From: Takakia lepidozioides
Lineage: Eukaryota > Plantae > Bryophyta
Direction: 5' to 3'
Length of the DNA stretch: 64,000 nt
Assembly (NCBI GenBank): GCA_030704615.1
Contig: CM060734.1
Location: forward strand, 11,346,001-11,410,000
The translations under genes were made by a program, and so were the position numbers. Below are positions 33,315-46,761 of this stretch, piece after piece. A model generated the notes under the pieces. That model was not told where the DNA came from. It ran no database searches and was given only the letters and a program-made list of their open reading frames with translations. Position 1 is the stretch's first letter; each line of letters starts with the position of its first letter.

Positions 33315-35285
33315 GTCACTGGAGGAGAGACAATGTTTTGCGTGCTCACGATTTTTTTTTCATTCGGTTTTTGAATGGGGCCTGTAATGTAGCCATATGC
33401 AACGTGCGTGCCAAATTTGGGAGTGAGCATAATTCATTTGGACCCAAAACCACAGTTTCTTCCCAGTTTTGCACCCCAAACTTGATTTGTGTTCAACTTC
33501 ATGCATTCTTCATAGAGAGTTTTGCAATAGTGAGCAAAGAGAACATTTTTTTTTTGGGGCATTTTTTATTGGTCCAAATTTTGGCGGGGGAGTAGTGGTG
33601 GGATGCTGGAAGCCGCAGAACAAAATTGAGCCAAAAACAAAATCGATACATGCCAGAAACCCCCAATGAAAGGCAGTGCAAACCTATTTATTGGCTTAAA
33701 ATTAATTTAAATTCAATTACATTATGGAATGGCTTGGTGTCGATGGGGAGGCAAATGATTTATTCGTCTGTTGTGTCTCACCACATGTGTCGCACACATA
33801 TTCAAGCACATGCGGGCAAAAGAGGGGCTTCAACCACGTCCGTTCAATGGGAACAATAGCCGTGCACGCATTGCAGGATTTCTTTTTCGCAATGAACAAA
33901 AACCAGATGACAACTGAACGCCTCATTGGCCCATCGAACGAATTTCGATTGATCTCATATTACACTGGGACCTATCGGAGGGTACATTGAACACACTGGC
34001 CAAGTCTCAAAACGAACGAAAATCATTTGGATGGGCAACCATCCGTCGGCCCATTGAACAAATTTTGATTGATCTCATATTACTCTGGGGCCTCTTCCAT
34101 GGCACATTGAACATATTGGCCAAGTCTCAAAGCGAACCAAAATCATCTCGATGGCCAACCATCCGTTGAGCCATCGAATGAATTTCGATTGATCTGATAT
34201 TAGTCCGGGATCTGTGAGAGGGTGTCTCGAACGTACTGGCAAAGTTTGGAAGCAATCAAAAATGATTTGGATGGGCAACCATCCGTTCACCGGTTGAATG
34301 TATTCCGCTGGATCTGCTATTGCTTTGGGACCTGTTGGACTGTGTTTCGCGTGCTCACGATTTTATTTTTTTTCGGTTTTTGAATGGGGCCCGTAATGTA
34401 GCCATATGCAACGTGCGTGCCAATTTTGGGAGCGAACATAATTCATTTGGACCCAAAACCACAGTTTCTTCCCAGTTTTGCACTCCAAACTTGATTTGTG
34501 TTCAACTTCATGCATTCTTCATAGAGAGTTTTGCAATAGTCAGCGAAGAGAACACTTTTTCTTTGGGGCATTTTTGATTGGTCCAAATTTTGGCGGGGGA
34601 GTAGTGGTGGGATGCTGGAAGCCGCAGAACAAAATTGAGCCAAAAACAAAATCGATACATGCCAGAACCCCCCAATGAAAGGCAGTGCAAACCTATTTAT
34701 TGGCTTAAAATTAATTTAAATTCAATTACATTATGGAATGGCTTGGTGTCGATGGGGAGGCAAATGATTTATTCGTCTGTTGTGTCTCACCACATGAGTT
34801 GCACACATATTCAAGCACATGCGGGAAAAAGAGGGGCTTCAACCACATCCGTTCAATGGGTGCAATAGCCGTGCACGCATTGCAGGATTTCTTTTTCGCA
34901 ATGAACAAAAACCAGATGACAACTGAACGCCTCATTGGCCCATTGAACAAATTTCGTTCGATCTCATATTACACTGGGACCTATCAAAGGGTACATTGAA
35001 CACACTGGCCAAGTCTCAAAGCAAACGAAAATCATTTGGATGGGCAACCATCCGTTGGCCCATTAAACGAATTTCGATTGATCTCATATTACTCTGGGGC
35101 CTCTTCCATGGTACATTGAAGATACTGGCCAAGTCTCAAAACGAACCAAAATCATTTAGAGGCAAATGATTTATGCGTCTATTCATTTATTTGTGATTAA
35201 TCGTTAATGGTGAAAAGGATAAATCAAAGGTTCATTGATAAAAAAAAAATTACAATAATCTAACCCAATTTTTAGGAGATAGGAT
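33315..35285 (+). mobile_element. Non-autonomous insertion of ~1.8 tandem units (period ~1009 bp) splitting the gypsy pol
   Basis: GCGTGCTCACG at about 33340 and 34349. The pol reading 'EPDIGPI' resumes as 'CLIWRKLGRFL' after the insertion. Confidence 0.85.
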
Positions 35286-35289
35286 TTGT

Positions 35290-38214
35290 TTGATATGGCG
35301 TAAGCTAGGGCGGTTTCTGAGGGCTTACATGAATTGCTTTGCCTTCAGTTTGAAGGATTTGGGAGCACTGAAGGGTCAGGAATTTCGTATTGAGTTGGCC
35401 ACGGACACACCAATCTTTCGGAGACCCTATAGATACAGTGACATGGAGAGGTCTTTGATTCAGATGAGGACTCAAGATCTCTGGGAGGCTGGTTTGGTGG
35501 AGATCTCTGGTGGAGAGTATGCTTCAGCCACGGTGATGTCAGCCAAGAAGGATGTCTATGGCAGTTGGATGGAGAGACGTATGTGCGGTGATTACCGGCC
35601 GATAAATCGTCAGACCAAGTCCGATAAGTATGCCATGCCCACACCGGAGGAGATCTTTGATGCCATTGGGCATGCCAAGGTCTTTAGCACTTTGGACTTG
35701 CGGTCCAGATATCACTAATTGCCGATCAAGGAGGCGGACAAGCAGAAGACGGAATTCTGGGGGATCAATGAGCACGGGAAGGATTGCCTATATTAGTGGC
35801 GATTCTTACCATTCGGGCTTAAGAACGCTCCTGCAGAGTTCCAGAGAGTCATGGACAGGATTCTAGCAGGGGTAGACTTTGCTCGGTGCTACATAGATGA
35901 CATCATCATCTTTAGTGCTACGGTGGAGGAGCACGAGAGACACCTTCAGGTGGTGTTTGAGCGCTTGAGAGCGCACGGATTGAAATTACATCCGGGGAAG
36001 TGCAAGTTATTCCACAACCAGATTGAGTATCTGGGCCACATGATATATCCTGGAGGATTGGGGGTGCAACAGACTAAGGTAGAGGCCATTGCGCAGATTC
36101 CACGCCCCACGGATGTGAGCCGAGTTTGAGCTTTCTTAGGGTTGGCAAACTACTATACACAGTTTGTCAAGGGATTTAGTGCTATTGCAAAGGCTCTAAC
36201 CAAGCTGACCAAGGTAGACCAGGAGTGGCAGTGAGAAGATGAGTAAGAACGAGCTTTTCAAGAGCTCAAGGCGAGGTTCACCTCGGCGCTCATCTTGAGA
36301 CGACCTTTTCAGCTGCATACAGATTGGGAGCATGCTGGGGCTTGGAGCGGTGCTCACACAGGTGGATGATGAGGGAAGAGAGTTCGTAGTGGCTTATGCT
36401 AGTTGCTCGAACAACGCTGTAGAATCTAAGTATAGCTCATACAAGGGAGAGTGCTTAGCTGCAGTGTGGGCCGTGGCACACTCCAGGTGCTATCTATACG
36501 ACAATCTCTTCACCTTTGTCACGGATCACCAGCCACTCAAGTGGTTGATGGAGTCAGACAAGCTTACGGGGAAGGTTGCATGGTGGGCATTTATACTCCA
36601 AGAGTATGACTTTCAGGTTGTGCATCGACCGGGTTTGGTCAATAGGGATGCGGATGGATTGAGTCGCAATCCATGCACAAGCCAACATGATGACACTGGA
36701 GCTCTGTGGCATGGTGAGACGGACGAGGAGATGGTGCCGGGATGACATGCATCTGCCTTTTTGTGTATCTTGGCATCGGGAGGTCAGGTTGGACCTACAA
36801 CAGGGATGACTATAGACGGAGTGTTTGAGGATCCTGAGGCTAGTGATGAGCCAGGTGGTGCCAGAGATATAAATTAGGATTCAGTTGTGTTGGACTACCT
36901 CCGCACTGGAGACACGCCAGCTAGTGTGACTGCCAAGGAGAGGGATCGGATCCTACAACGAGCCAAGAGGTTCAAGTGGGAGGGGATAAACCTGCTTCGA
37001 GTGTGGGAGGATGGTCGGGTGAGGATCGTGCCTCACCCAACACAACGTGCATGGTTAGTGCAGCATGCCTATGAGGAGTTGGGGCATTTTGGCACTCATA
37101 GTTTACTGCATGGGCAGTATTGGTGGCATGGTATGCACACAGAGGTGCAACAGTTCGTGGCTAGGTGCATGGTGTGTGACAGGGTTTGTGCTTTATTCAA
37201 CGCCCCTACACCACAGTTGCATCCATTACCCATCATGGGATTGGGCTACAGGTGGAGTCTTGTCTTCGCAGGGCCTTTGCAGCCACTGACGATGCGTCAC
37301 CACAGATATGTGTTGGTGATGGTGGAACACTTCTCCAAGTGGATTGAGTTGGTTCCATTGCCTGACAAGGCTAGTGAGGGGCTGCATATGCATTCATGGA
37401 TCGTGTGCTTAGCCGATTCGGTGCTCCAGCTGAGGTACTCACGGACCAAGGGAGAGAGTTCTCGGGGGAGTTTCAGGCTTTGTGTGATAAAGCCTTGATA
37501 GACCACTGTACCACTTCTCGGGATCATCCTGAGGCCGATGGCTTGACAGAGAGAGTGGTGCAGACGGTGAAGAGGGGTTTGCGCAAGTATGGCTTGCAAA
37601 AGGGACACCTAGGAGATTGGGATCTTTAGGTACCTTGGTTAGCCATGGGCTACAGGTTTAGCAAGCAAGCATCACTTGCCTCCTTCTCACCATATTTCCT
37701 TCTCTTTGGCCGAGAGCCGGATTTGCCTGCATTTATTTGCAGGGAGGTTGCAGTAGTCCTCAACCTTGATGATCCGGATGTGTGGACATAAGCATGTGCC
37801 CAACGGGCAGAGTTGTTCAAGAGGGTCATGCCTATGGCTTTTGAGAACCTTGCTATTGCCCAACACCGAGACACATTGAGGTATGTCACTACATGTGGAG
37901 GGGGATATATTCTAAGGATCAGGGAGGTGTTGCCTTCAGGAGTGTTGATTCTGGAGGGTCCAGATGGCATGGTATGGAAGGACCATGTGCGCAAGTGTGC
38001 GCCATGTCACCTTCCACATGTGGATGGGAGGCTAGATCCCAACCTTGCAGTGGTACCTGCAGGGTTGCGTTGCATGCTATGTGGGCATGCTCGTGGTGCC
38101 GCCACTATGCTGGTGTGTGATCGATGCTCAAGAGGTTGGCACAAGGGATGCTTGACACCACCTCTTGAGAGGGTTCCTGATGGAGATTGGTTATGTCCAC
38201 ACTTCTTGGGATAG
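35290..38214 (+). pseudogene. gypsy pol pseudogene (RT, RNase H, integrase, C-terminal PHD finger)
   Basis: 'RMCGDYRPIN', 'FSTLDL', 'CYIDDIIIFS', 'LHTDW..GLGAVL', 'TDHQPL', 'DADGLSR', an HHCC-like region, 'TDQGREF', and PHD 'CMLC...CDRC...HKGC...WLCPHF'. Many stops and frameshifts. Confidence 0.93.
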
Positions 38215-39749
38215 TGGCAGTGGATATGACTAGTGGCAGCTAACAAGACATGGGAGGCCAAGCTGAGTCAATACCCGAGATCTCAGACTTAAGTTCACAG
38301 GTTGCAAGACGGCAATTAATGATGGGGCAACTCTTGTATCCGGCCTCTTGATCTATCGAGTTTGAGTATAGTAAAGACAGTGGTGGAGGACTTAGTGAGG
38401 CTATGACCACTATCACATCTTGTGGCTACCTAGACTTAGAGGGACCTAAGCGGCTTTGTCCAGTATGAGACATAGGATGAGGCCACACAAGCTCTGGAGT
38501 CCACCAACTTGAGGTGACTTTTTGGTTTGGTACAGATCTCTTTGCAGTACATTCTCCTTGCTCACGGATAGCGGGAAATTTGTAGGGAAGCCTTATTATT
38601 ATGGACCTGTTTGAACAAGTAACTAATGGTCTGTCTGTTGCAGGGCCATCTGCTGCACCTGAAAATCCGTATGTTGGTTAGTATTTTTGCTCACGACATT
38701 TCCAGCCCAAGAGCCTATTCTAATATGTGGGTTCAAGTAGTATGATGGTTTTTGGTATGAAGGTAAGTCATTGATAATTGTGTTCTCCAAAGAGGTTATA
38801 AGCTGATGATTGTGGTTATACTATGATGATTCTGCAGATGAAGTCATTACTAAACCCGCTGGGAAGAAGCAGGCTCGTCCAAGAAGGCGATGATAAGCTT
38901 GCCCAAGACAGCTGATAAAGCTGTTCAAATGAAGAGGGTGTATACATATAAGGTACATGTATACAAATTGTCTCTTCATTCTAAAAAGACCATTGCAAAG
39001 TATGTCATGGGGTTGCAATTTCTACATGAGGTGCTTCAAGGGGTATCAACATTCGCTCCATAACTACCTACCTTCTCAAAGGCAAAGGTGACATGGATGT
39101 CCATGAAGCTTCGGAAGCTGGAAGAGTTGGACATGGTCGTGGCGTGGGTGCTGGGGAACACTAGAGTGAGACTTATCAACGTCAATCTTGATGGGGACGG
39201 AGAGCTCAAACTTGCTGCATCAAATATTGAGGACATTTGAAGAGGTACCCCACTTTGCTTCCTTCCTATCCCCCGCATTGTTTATGCCATTCTGTTTAGT
39301 CCAGAAAATGTCCTCCCCTCATGCACAAAAAGTACATTTCTTTGCACATGCCTGCTATACCATATGGGAGTTAGTAGACCCATATACAATAGGACCTATC
39401 TATCTACGTACCTACCTACCTACCTTTAGGACCGCCACAGGTCCCCAGATACTTCACATTTCTGACAAATGCTGCATCAAGCCTACAACAACATACAGAA
39501 GTTGAAAAACCTATTTGTAGAATGTGGTCTACCTTCTCGTTTGATCTCCCAATTTGTGAGCAGATGCCACAAGATGAGGCTGACTATATGTAGTCTTCAG
39601 ATGTGGCTACTTGCAATGTTGCAAATTTAGCTATTGGTGCCTTAGCTGCGTTTGTATTGCTATCATGCATGGTTCTAAGGCTCTCATAAGTACATGGAAT
39701 TGTGGTTGCCTGACAGTGACGAAAGAGAGGGAGATCCAAAGGAAGCTCT

Positions 39750-40050
39750 CATCCCCTGGGCTTCCTGACGATCTAGCACTGCAATGCTTAGCCAAAATTT
39801 CACACGGCTACCATGGGTTACTCCAAGCTGTCTCCAAATGTTGGCACTATCTAATTCAAAGCTCTGAGTTTGCCCATGCCCAGGCACATGAGGGCCGATG
39901 TGGTGACTGGCTCTTTGTTCTCACTGAGGAGCCGAAAGACAAGGTACTGGACCGCCTATGACCCAGCAGCGGGTAAGTGGCATGTGCTGCCACCAATGCC
40001 AGGTGTCAATTCCTCAGCACCACCACTATGGGTTCGCTTGTGTAGGGCAC
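39750..40050 (+). pseudogene. F-box/kelch-repeat gene fragment
   Basis: F-box 'PGLPDDLALQCLAKI...VSKCW', then 'WLFVL', 'AYDPAAGKWHVLPPMP' and 'YGFACV' spread over three frames. Truncated. Confidence 0.85.
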
Positions 40051-42052
40051 AAAAACATTCATGATGTAATGTTGCACAGTGAACTCAAGTGCAAGGTAGT
40101 GCTGAATTTAGGTCTATGCTTTTTTGTTTCCCTTATGGTGCCATGTTTTGTTCCTTACCATTGTTAGGTTTTTCCTTAAGGATTAGGTTCTTGGCTACAA
40201 CTTTATCTTGGCTGAATCTTTTTGTCACCATTCTAGAAAGATGTCAAAAACTCAGTGGGGTTGTACCCACTCTGGGGGGGAGTCAATGAGACAGCTTGGT
40301 CAACACTATTCAAGAAGTACTTGAAATGTCATGTCCTCCAAGATCGACTACTAGTAGATTCAAGGCTGCTATATTCTTTCTTCTTTTGTTGCTTGTGGTT
40401 CCATGTTGTTCCATGTCTTTTAGAGATCCATGGAAAGAGCATCCAAAGTTGTCTTGGACATCGGCTATCTTTTTCCATTGATTTACCTGTCAAATGTAAG
40501 GATGACGTTCTCCTTACCTCTTAAATATACTAAGTGTTACACCTTTTTGCTCCCAGAATGCACAACAACAGAAGGAAGTATTGTGTTATTTTGTTGCTTC
40601 CAAGGGATCACCCAGGGGTTAAGGCACTGTTGCCACTGGAGGTGGTGGTGGTCCTTGGCTCAAATTGATGTAGCCTAGGGTGGGAAATCTTATTGCAACA
40701 TTTTATATTGGGATTAGTTTGACTAATAGAGCTCAACAACTAATTGAGAAGTCAGGATGGTGGTCAATGTTTCCTTTTTAAAACAACAAAAACACCATGT
40801 ATATTTCCACTACGTAACATGAGGCAATATGCTGTCTTTCACCTCCAATGATAGGTGGAAAAGCTAATAACATATCCATATGATGATGGGCAATTTGGCC
40901 CTTGTTTCCACTTTTGTCATGTGGTTAAATGATCAATGTTTCATTTTCTGAAACATCAAAAATACCCTACATTTCCACTACCACATGAGGCAATAGGTTG
41001 TCTTTCACCTCCAATGATAGGTAGAAAACACTTATTTATATCCTATGACATGTGAACGTATTTTCCCTTTTTAAGGATGAGGAAAAGTGAAAAAACATTT
41101 CCTCTTGGCACAAGTTCCTCTTAAGTGTTAATTTAGGTGTCTTAATTAGGAAATGTGGTCTATTTTCCTTCAACACTCCAAATCCTCCTTGTGAGAGACC
41201 GCTCAAGTGCAGTTGTGCAATTGGATTGTGCGTTGTGTGAAGGTGCATCTATAGAGCCCCAGGTATCTAGACCTTCATAGCTCGAGGTTGTACTTATGAT
41301 AGTTTCAGCTTCCAATTAAAGCGAGGGTTTTGTACAGGTTGGGGACTTATTGATACAAGTAACGCTAGCTATAGATTCCAAAGGTTAACGTAGCCCGACG
41401 GGTCCATGATGCCTGTCAAATTCTTTGTGTACACGCAGTTTCTTGAAACTAATCCGGTGCTCAATCAGTTTCTCGGAAACTGTGCATGTTGTCACCTCAC
41501 TGATCAGTACCCGTATAAGTTGTGATCCATAACATAGTTAATCGACGGCATGCACAAGATTGCTTTGCAGATTTGCGTGATTCTTTTATTGATCCCCATG
41601 GATAGCCTGGGTAGAAGCTAGTAGCGGCATCGTCCCCTGTCATGTGAATATATATATTTGAGTGGCCTGAGCACTGGGATTTAAGTTTAAAATCCTTGGG
41701 CCAAACTTGTCCGCCATAAGAAGTTAAAAACATGTATACTGTGGATGCGATCGCGCGCATAACATCTCTTGCATGTGTTGCTCAAATGATGTTTGTAAGC
41801 TGAGGACGTTCCTGAGATTTGCAGGAGTATATGGGTCTGCAGTGGAACTATCTGCTCTTCTCCCCGCGTTTCTCTGATCTTTCCAATTTAGTAACTCGGC
41901 TGAGAGGCAGATGACTACCTAAAATCTAGGGGTATATAAGCAAATCATTGCACATCCAACAACCTCAAGTATGTGCTGGAAGCACTTGATATGCAGCTTG
42001 ATGATAGGCGATTGAATTTGGACGGCACGCACTCCACTTGGAAAGTACTCCA

Positions 42053-42319
42053 TATAGCAAATAGCAAAGAGAATTTATTAGACAGTGGAGCTCTCCTCCC
42101 AACCATAGAAGCCTTATGATCAAGAACAAGATGATCGGCTTCACCCCCGAGCTCAAAGTTTACACAGTGCAAGAGGCTCACCTCTTGAGATCTCAAACAC
42201 ACCTGTTTAGATCTATCTGTTCAAATCCAGAACCAAGAGTCTTAACTGTTCAGACCTCCTAGATGCTACTAACTAATAGTAACACCTAATATAAGTATAG
42301 ACTAACTACTTCTTCTACA
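42053..42319 (-). repeat. 3' LTR of the copia element
   Basis: Direct repeat of 46495-46761; 10 mismatches by manual count. Confidence 0.95.
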
Positions 42320-42337
42320 CTCCCACTTAGTTAGGTC

Positions 42338-45300
42338 TTAATCAGTTCGTAAAGCCTCTTTGTATGTTCTTGAACTACTGTAGACTCGAGCTAAGGCCAA
42401 GCTCAGTAGTACACTTCGAATGCTTGAGCTTCGGTAAACTCTTCTGATATCTGCAACCATGTCGTTTGTAGCACAGTAAACTACGTTTACTTCTCCTTTG
42501 GCCACTATCTCTCTTATGTAATGATGTTGCACTTTTATATGCTTGGTCGTAGAATGATACTTAGGGTTTTGACTTATGCTATTGCACTCTGATTATCTCA
42601 ATACATAGTTGTTGCTCCTGATTGCTTATGACCCAAGTCTCCTAGTAATTTTCTTAACCACATAGCCTCTTTGGCCGCTTGAGTGGCTGCCATGTATTCC
42701 GCTTCCGTTGATGAAAGCGCTGTTGCAGTCTGTCTCTTGCTTGACCATGACACAGCTCCACCTGCAAGAGTGAAACAATGTCCCGAGGTCAATCTCCTGC
42801 TGTCGAAATCCCCTGCCCAATCAGCATCTGTATAGCCTTCCAGACTTGTTCTTCCATTTCCTTTGTGGAGTAATCCCATCGTTGATGTTCCTCTGAGGTA
42901 TCTGAAAATCCTCTTGACTGCTCTCCAATGGGTCTCACCAGGATTCGCAAGAAACTGAGTATGCAATATCAGGTCTAGTGCAAGTCATGCAATACATTAA
43001 GCTACCCACGACACTCTGATATGGAACCTTTGTCATATCTTCTGTGTCTTCTTGAGTTTGAGGACACATCTCTTTTGTGAGCTTTAGGCCTGCTTCTAGT
43101 GGAGTTGAGACTGCCTTACTCATTCTAACTTATATTGCAGTAATTTAGTTTCAATGTACTTAGCTTGATGCATAAAAACAGTACGATTCACTCTATCTCT
43201 ACTGATTTGTATGCCAAGACAAAATTGAATTGAACCCATATCAGTCATGGAAAACTCCTTGGAAGGTTTATCCTTGAACTGCAGTAGTAATCCTTGACCA
43301 TCATTGCTGACCAACACAGGGTCATCCACATACAAGGCCAATATAACCAATTGACTTCCTTGTGTAAGAATGTAGACGTTTGTATCTGCAACACTCTTCT
43401 TAAATCCAGATGTTAGAAGAAAAGTATCGATCCTTTCGTACCATGCTCTTGGAGACTGTTTGGGCCCGTAGAGCGTCTTATGTAACTTACAGACTTTGTC
43501 TCTGGTCTTTGGTTTGATAAAACCTTGAGGCTGATCCATATAAATGGTCTCTTGTAGGTAGCCATTGAGAAATGCTGTTTTGACATCCATTTGATGGACA
43601 TCAAAATCATTCTCGACTGCCAATGCCATTAATACTCTTATTGAAGTGATTTTTACAACAGGCGAAAAAATGTCGTTGTAGTCAACACCTTGCACTTGTG
43701 AGAAACCCTTAGCAACCAGCCGTGCTTTATACCTGTCAACACTCTCGTCGGACTTGAGCTTGATCTTAAAGATCCATTTGCACCCAACAACTTTACGTCC
43801 TAGGGGTAGGTTAGTAAATGACCATGTTTGATTTTGTATAAGCGAATTGAATTCAAAGTTTATTGCCTGCTCCCACTTAACCTTATCAGGGGCTGTCATT
43901 GCTTCTTCGTAGGTAGCAAGTTCTGTCAATAGACTTTCTCCTCTCACGGCTTCAACAGCTGTCATCGACGTGATAAGCCTCTCATGAACTTTTCTCTCCC
44001 TTCGTGACCTTCGCAGAAGTGGACTTACTTGTTCCTCACTAGCTTCATCCTCCACTTCATCTTCAAGAGTATGATCTACTTCATCTTCAACCACAGGGAG
44101 ATTTTCACATTCTTCTTCAGATTCCATTGAAATCTCATTAGGTGTCTTGTCAGTAGATTGGAAGCTTGTCTGTTGACTGGGTTCTTCTCCCACTCTTGGA
44201 GAAGCTGTATTTGCTTCATCAAAGACTACATCCCTACTATGAAAGACAATTTTGTTTTCTCCTTAAGCAGTTTATATCCCTTAACTCCTTCAGTGTAGCC
44301 TACGAAAATGCACGCTTCACTTTTTGAATCCAGTTTCTGTCTCTTCTCTTTTGGGATATGAGCATAGGCTCGACACCCAAACACCTTATAATGCGATACA
44401 CTTGGCTTCACACCTATCCACACTTCCTCTGGAGTAATTCCCGAGACTGCTCTTGTAGGCGTTCTATTTTGAAGGTAGGTCGCAGTTCCCATTGCTTCTG
44501 CCCAAAAATAATTGGGCAGGTTAGCCTGCTTGAGCATGCTCCTAGCACACTCTTGTAGAGACCTGTTCTTCCGCTCCGCAACACCGTTTTGTTCAGGTGT
44601 GTAAGGAACCGTTAATTGTCTCACTATCCTGTTATCTTTACAGAATTGGTTGAAGGCATTAGAAATGTATTCCCCTCCATTATCTAACCTCAGAGTTTTG
44701 AGGGTTTTCCCTGTCTGTTTCTTTGTAAGAACTTTGTATTCCTTAAATTATCTAGTACTTGGTTTTTCTGCTTTAGAAAATTGACTGTTGTTCTTCTTGA
44801 AACATCGTCGATGAAGGTGACAAAGTAGGTGGCTCCACCGAGCGACTTTGTCTGCATAGGGCCGCACACGTCTAAGTGCACAACCTCCAACAGACTATTT
44901 GCACGTTGACCTCCATCTTTTGGGAATTTTTGTCGGTGTTGTTTACCTTCTATACAACCCTTACATAGACTGGTCTGTTCTACTTCCTTTAATGAGAGCC
45001 CTTCCACTAGGTGTAAGTCTTTCAACTGTTTCAGTTTCTCAGTGCTAAGATGTCCTAGCCTTCTATGCCATAGTTCTGTTTCTGACATAGTCCTCTCGGA
45101 TTGTGTAACAAGAGCTCTCTTAACTGTACAAAATATCTGTAACTTGTATAGATCATTTTCCAGTATAACACTTGCCACCACATTCCCTTGCTCATATGAA
45201 ATGAGACATTGACTATTGTGGCCTTATAACCAGCTATGACAATCTTTCTCACAGAAAGAAGGTTTTTAGTTAGGGAGGGAACATGCAAGACATCTTCTAT

Positions 45301-46395
45301 CTCTCTCATCTCACCTCGGTCTATCATAATTGACACTGTGCCCTCTCCACTAATAGGATGTTTACTGTCGTCACCTAATAACACATATTGAGTAGGAGAA
45401 ATCGTTTGGTATGTTAGAAAATTATCTCTGTCCGGGGTCATATGCTGTGATGCCCCAAAGTCTACATACCAAATGTCACTTTGACCAGAAGAAGCTGAAA
45501 GGGAGACTACAAATAGCACAACACCGTCTTTCCTAGCCATATTTCTAGTAGCTAGAGTTGCCTGTGAAGTACTATTACCATTTTGCTTTTCCTCCGCCAT
45601 TCGTTTTCTGCAGTTCTTGATCATATGACCAAGTTGCTTACAGTAAAAACATTTTATTTTAGATTTCTTTTTATATCCAGACACACTAGATTCTCCTACC
45701 TCTTGTTTTTGAGGGGACTTCCAAGACTTCTTCTTATTACCAAACTTTCCAGAGAATAATGCCTTATCTACTCCTGTAGATGTTTGGCCTTTTCTTCTTA
45801 TTTCCTCTTTGAGTAATAGCCCTATGACATTATCCACCGATAGGTTGTTTTGCCCTGTTAATGACACTACAAACCCGTCATAAGACTCTGGTAATGACCC
45901 AAGCAACACTACTGCTGCATGCTCATCTGAAACCTTAGTTCCTATTGCTTCTAGTTGTCTTCTCAAGACATTGAAGGAACTCAAGTGTAACTCTACTCTC
46001 TCTGTTTCACTCATTTTTAGACTATAAAAACGAGTAGTGGCAAACACATTTGACGTGACATCTTTAGTCTCAAATATTGTGGCCAACTTGTCCCAGATCG
46101 CCATTGCGGTGGTAGCACTAGTTACCAAGTGCATTTGATTATCTCTCAGACTTGTTATAAGACTTGCTCTAGCCCTTTGATCTTTCCTGTCCCATGCAGG
46201 TTGGCCGTTGGTTGTGGCTGGCCTCACTAAAGTGCCGTCAACTACTGACCACAAGTCCTTGTCTAGGAGGATCATCTCCATTCTAAATTTCCAAGTATGA
46301 TAATTAGTCCCATCAAATCTATCCTCTAGTCTAGCATCTAACGTGTTAAAGTTAGATCCATGGTTCCCTGAACCTGAAGGAGGTGATGATGTCAT
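42338..46395 (-). pseudogene. copia gag-pol pseudogene
   Basis: 'FDGTNYHTWKFRM', CFYCKQLGHMIKNC, 'WYVDFGASQHM', 'LWHRRLGH', 'PEQNGVAERKN', 'YKARLVAKGF', 'LYVDD', 'GYTDADWAG'. Split over at least six ORFs. Confidence 0.95.
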
Positions 46396-46481
46396 GAGAG
46401 CCTACTCTCACTAATTACATAGATGGATTCTCTCTCCACTTATCTAGTCCTGAGACCATCTCTCTGCTTGAGATCTAAGCT

Positions 46482-46494
46482 GCCTATGATACCA
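46482..46494 (-). promoter_or_regulatory. tRNA-Met-type primer-binding site
   Basis: TGGTATCATAGGC directly follows the 5' LTR on the minus strand. Confidence 0.85.
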
Positions 46495-46761
46495 TATAGC
46501 AAATAGCAAAGAGAATTTATTAGACGGTGGAGCTCGCCTCCCAACCATAGAAGCCTTATGATCAAGAACAAGATGATCGGCTTCTCCCCTGAGCTCAAAG
46601 TTTACGCAGTGCAAGAGGCTCACCTCTTGAGATCTCAAACACACCTGTTTAGATCTATATATTCAAATCCAGAACCAAGAGTCTTAAATGTTCAGACCTC
46701 CTAGATGCTACTAACTAATAGTAACACCTAATCTGAGTATAGACTAACTACTTCTTCTACA
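46495..46761 (-). repeat. 5' LTR of the copia element
   Basis: TGTAG...CTATA in element orientation; adjacent to the PBS. Confidence 0.95.

Larger units (their letters stand above)
29700..38500 (+). mobile_element. Degenerate Ty3/gypsy retrotransposon: gag zinc knuckle, DNMT remnant, RT, RNase H, integrase, PHD finger
   Basis: Zinc knuckle CGHCGKYGHGEA*C (~31773-31814) and RT-RH-INT domain order. LTRs were not identified, so the outer boundaries are rough. Confidence 0.85.
42053..46761 (-). mobile_element. Full-length but frameshifted Ty1/copia retrotransposon
   Basis: Two 267-bp LTRs; TSD CTCCA/CTCAA (4 of 5 match); PBS TGGTATCATAGGC; purine tract AAGTGGGAG; gag-protease-integrase-RT-RNase H order. 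Confidence 0.97.

Noticed and set aside
38640-39250. Exon-like pieces (e.g. EVITKPAGKKQARPRRR*)
   Set aside because: They have splice-like borders but no identifiable protein family or coherent gene model.
40760-41030. ~170-bp local tandem duplication (and an ~80-bp one at ~59240-59400 in an ADA2 intron)
   Set aside because: Ordinary diverged local duplications with no sign of function.
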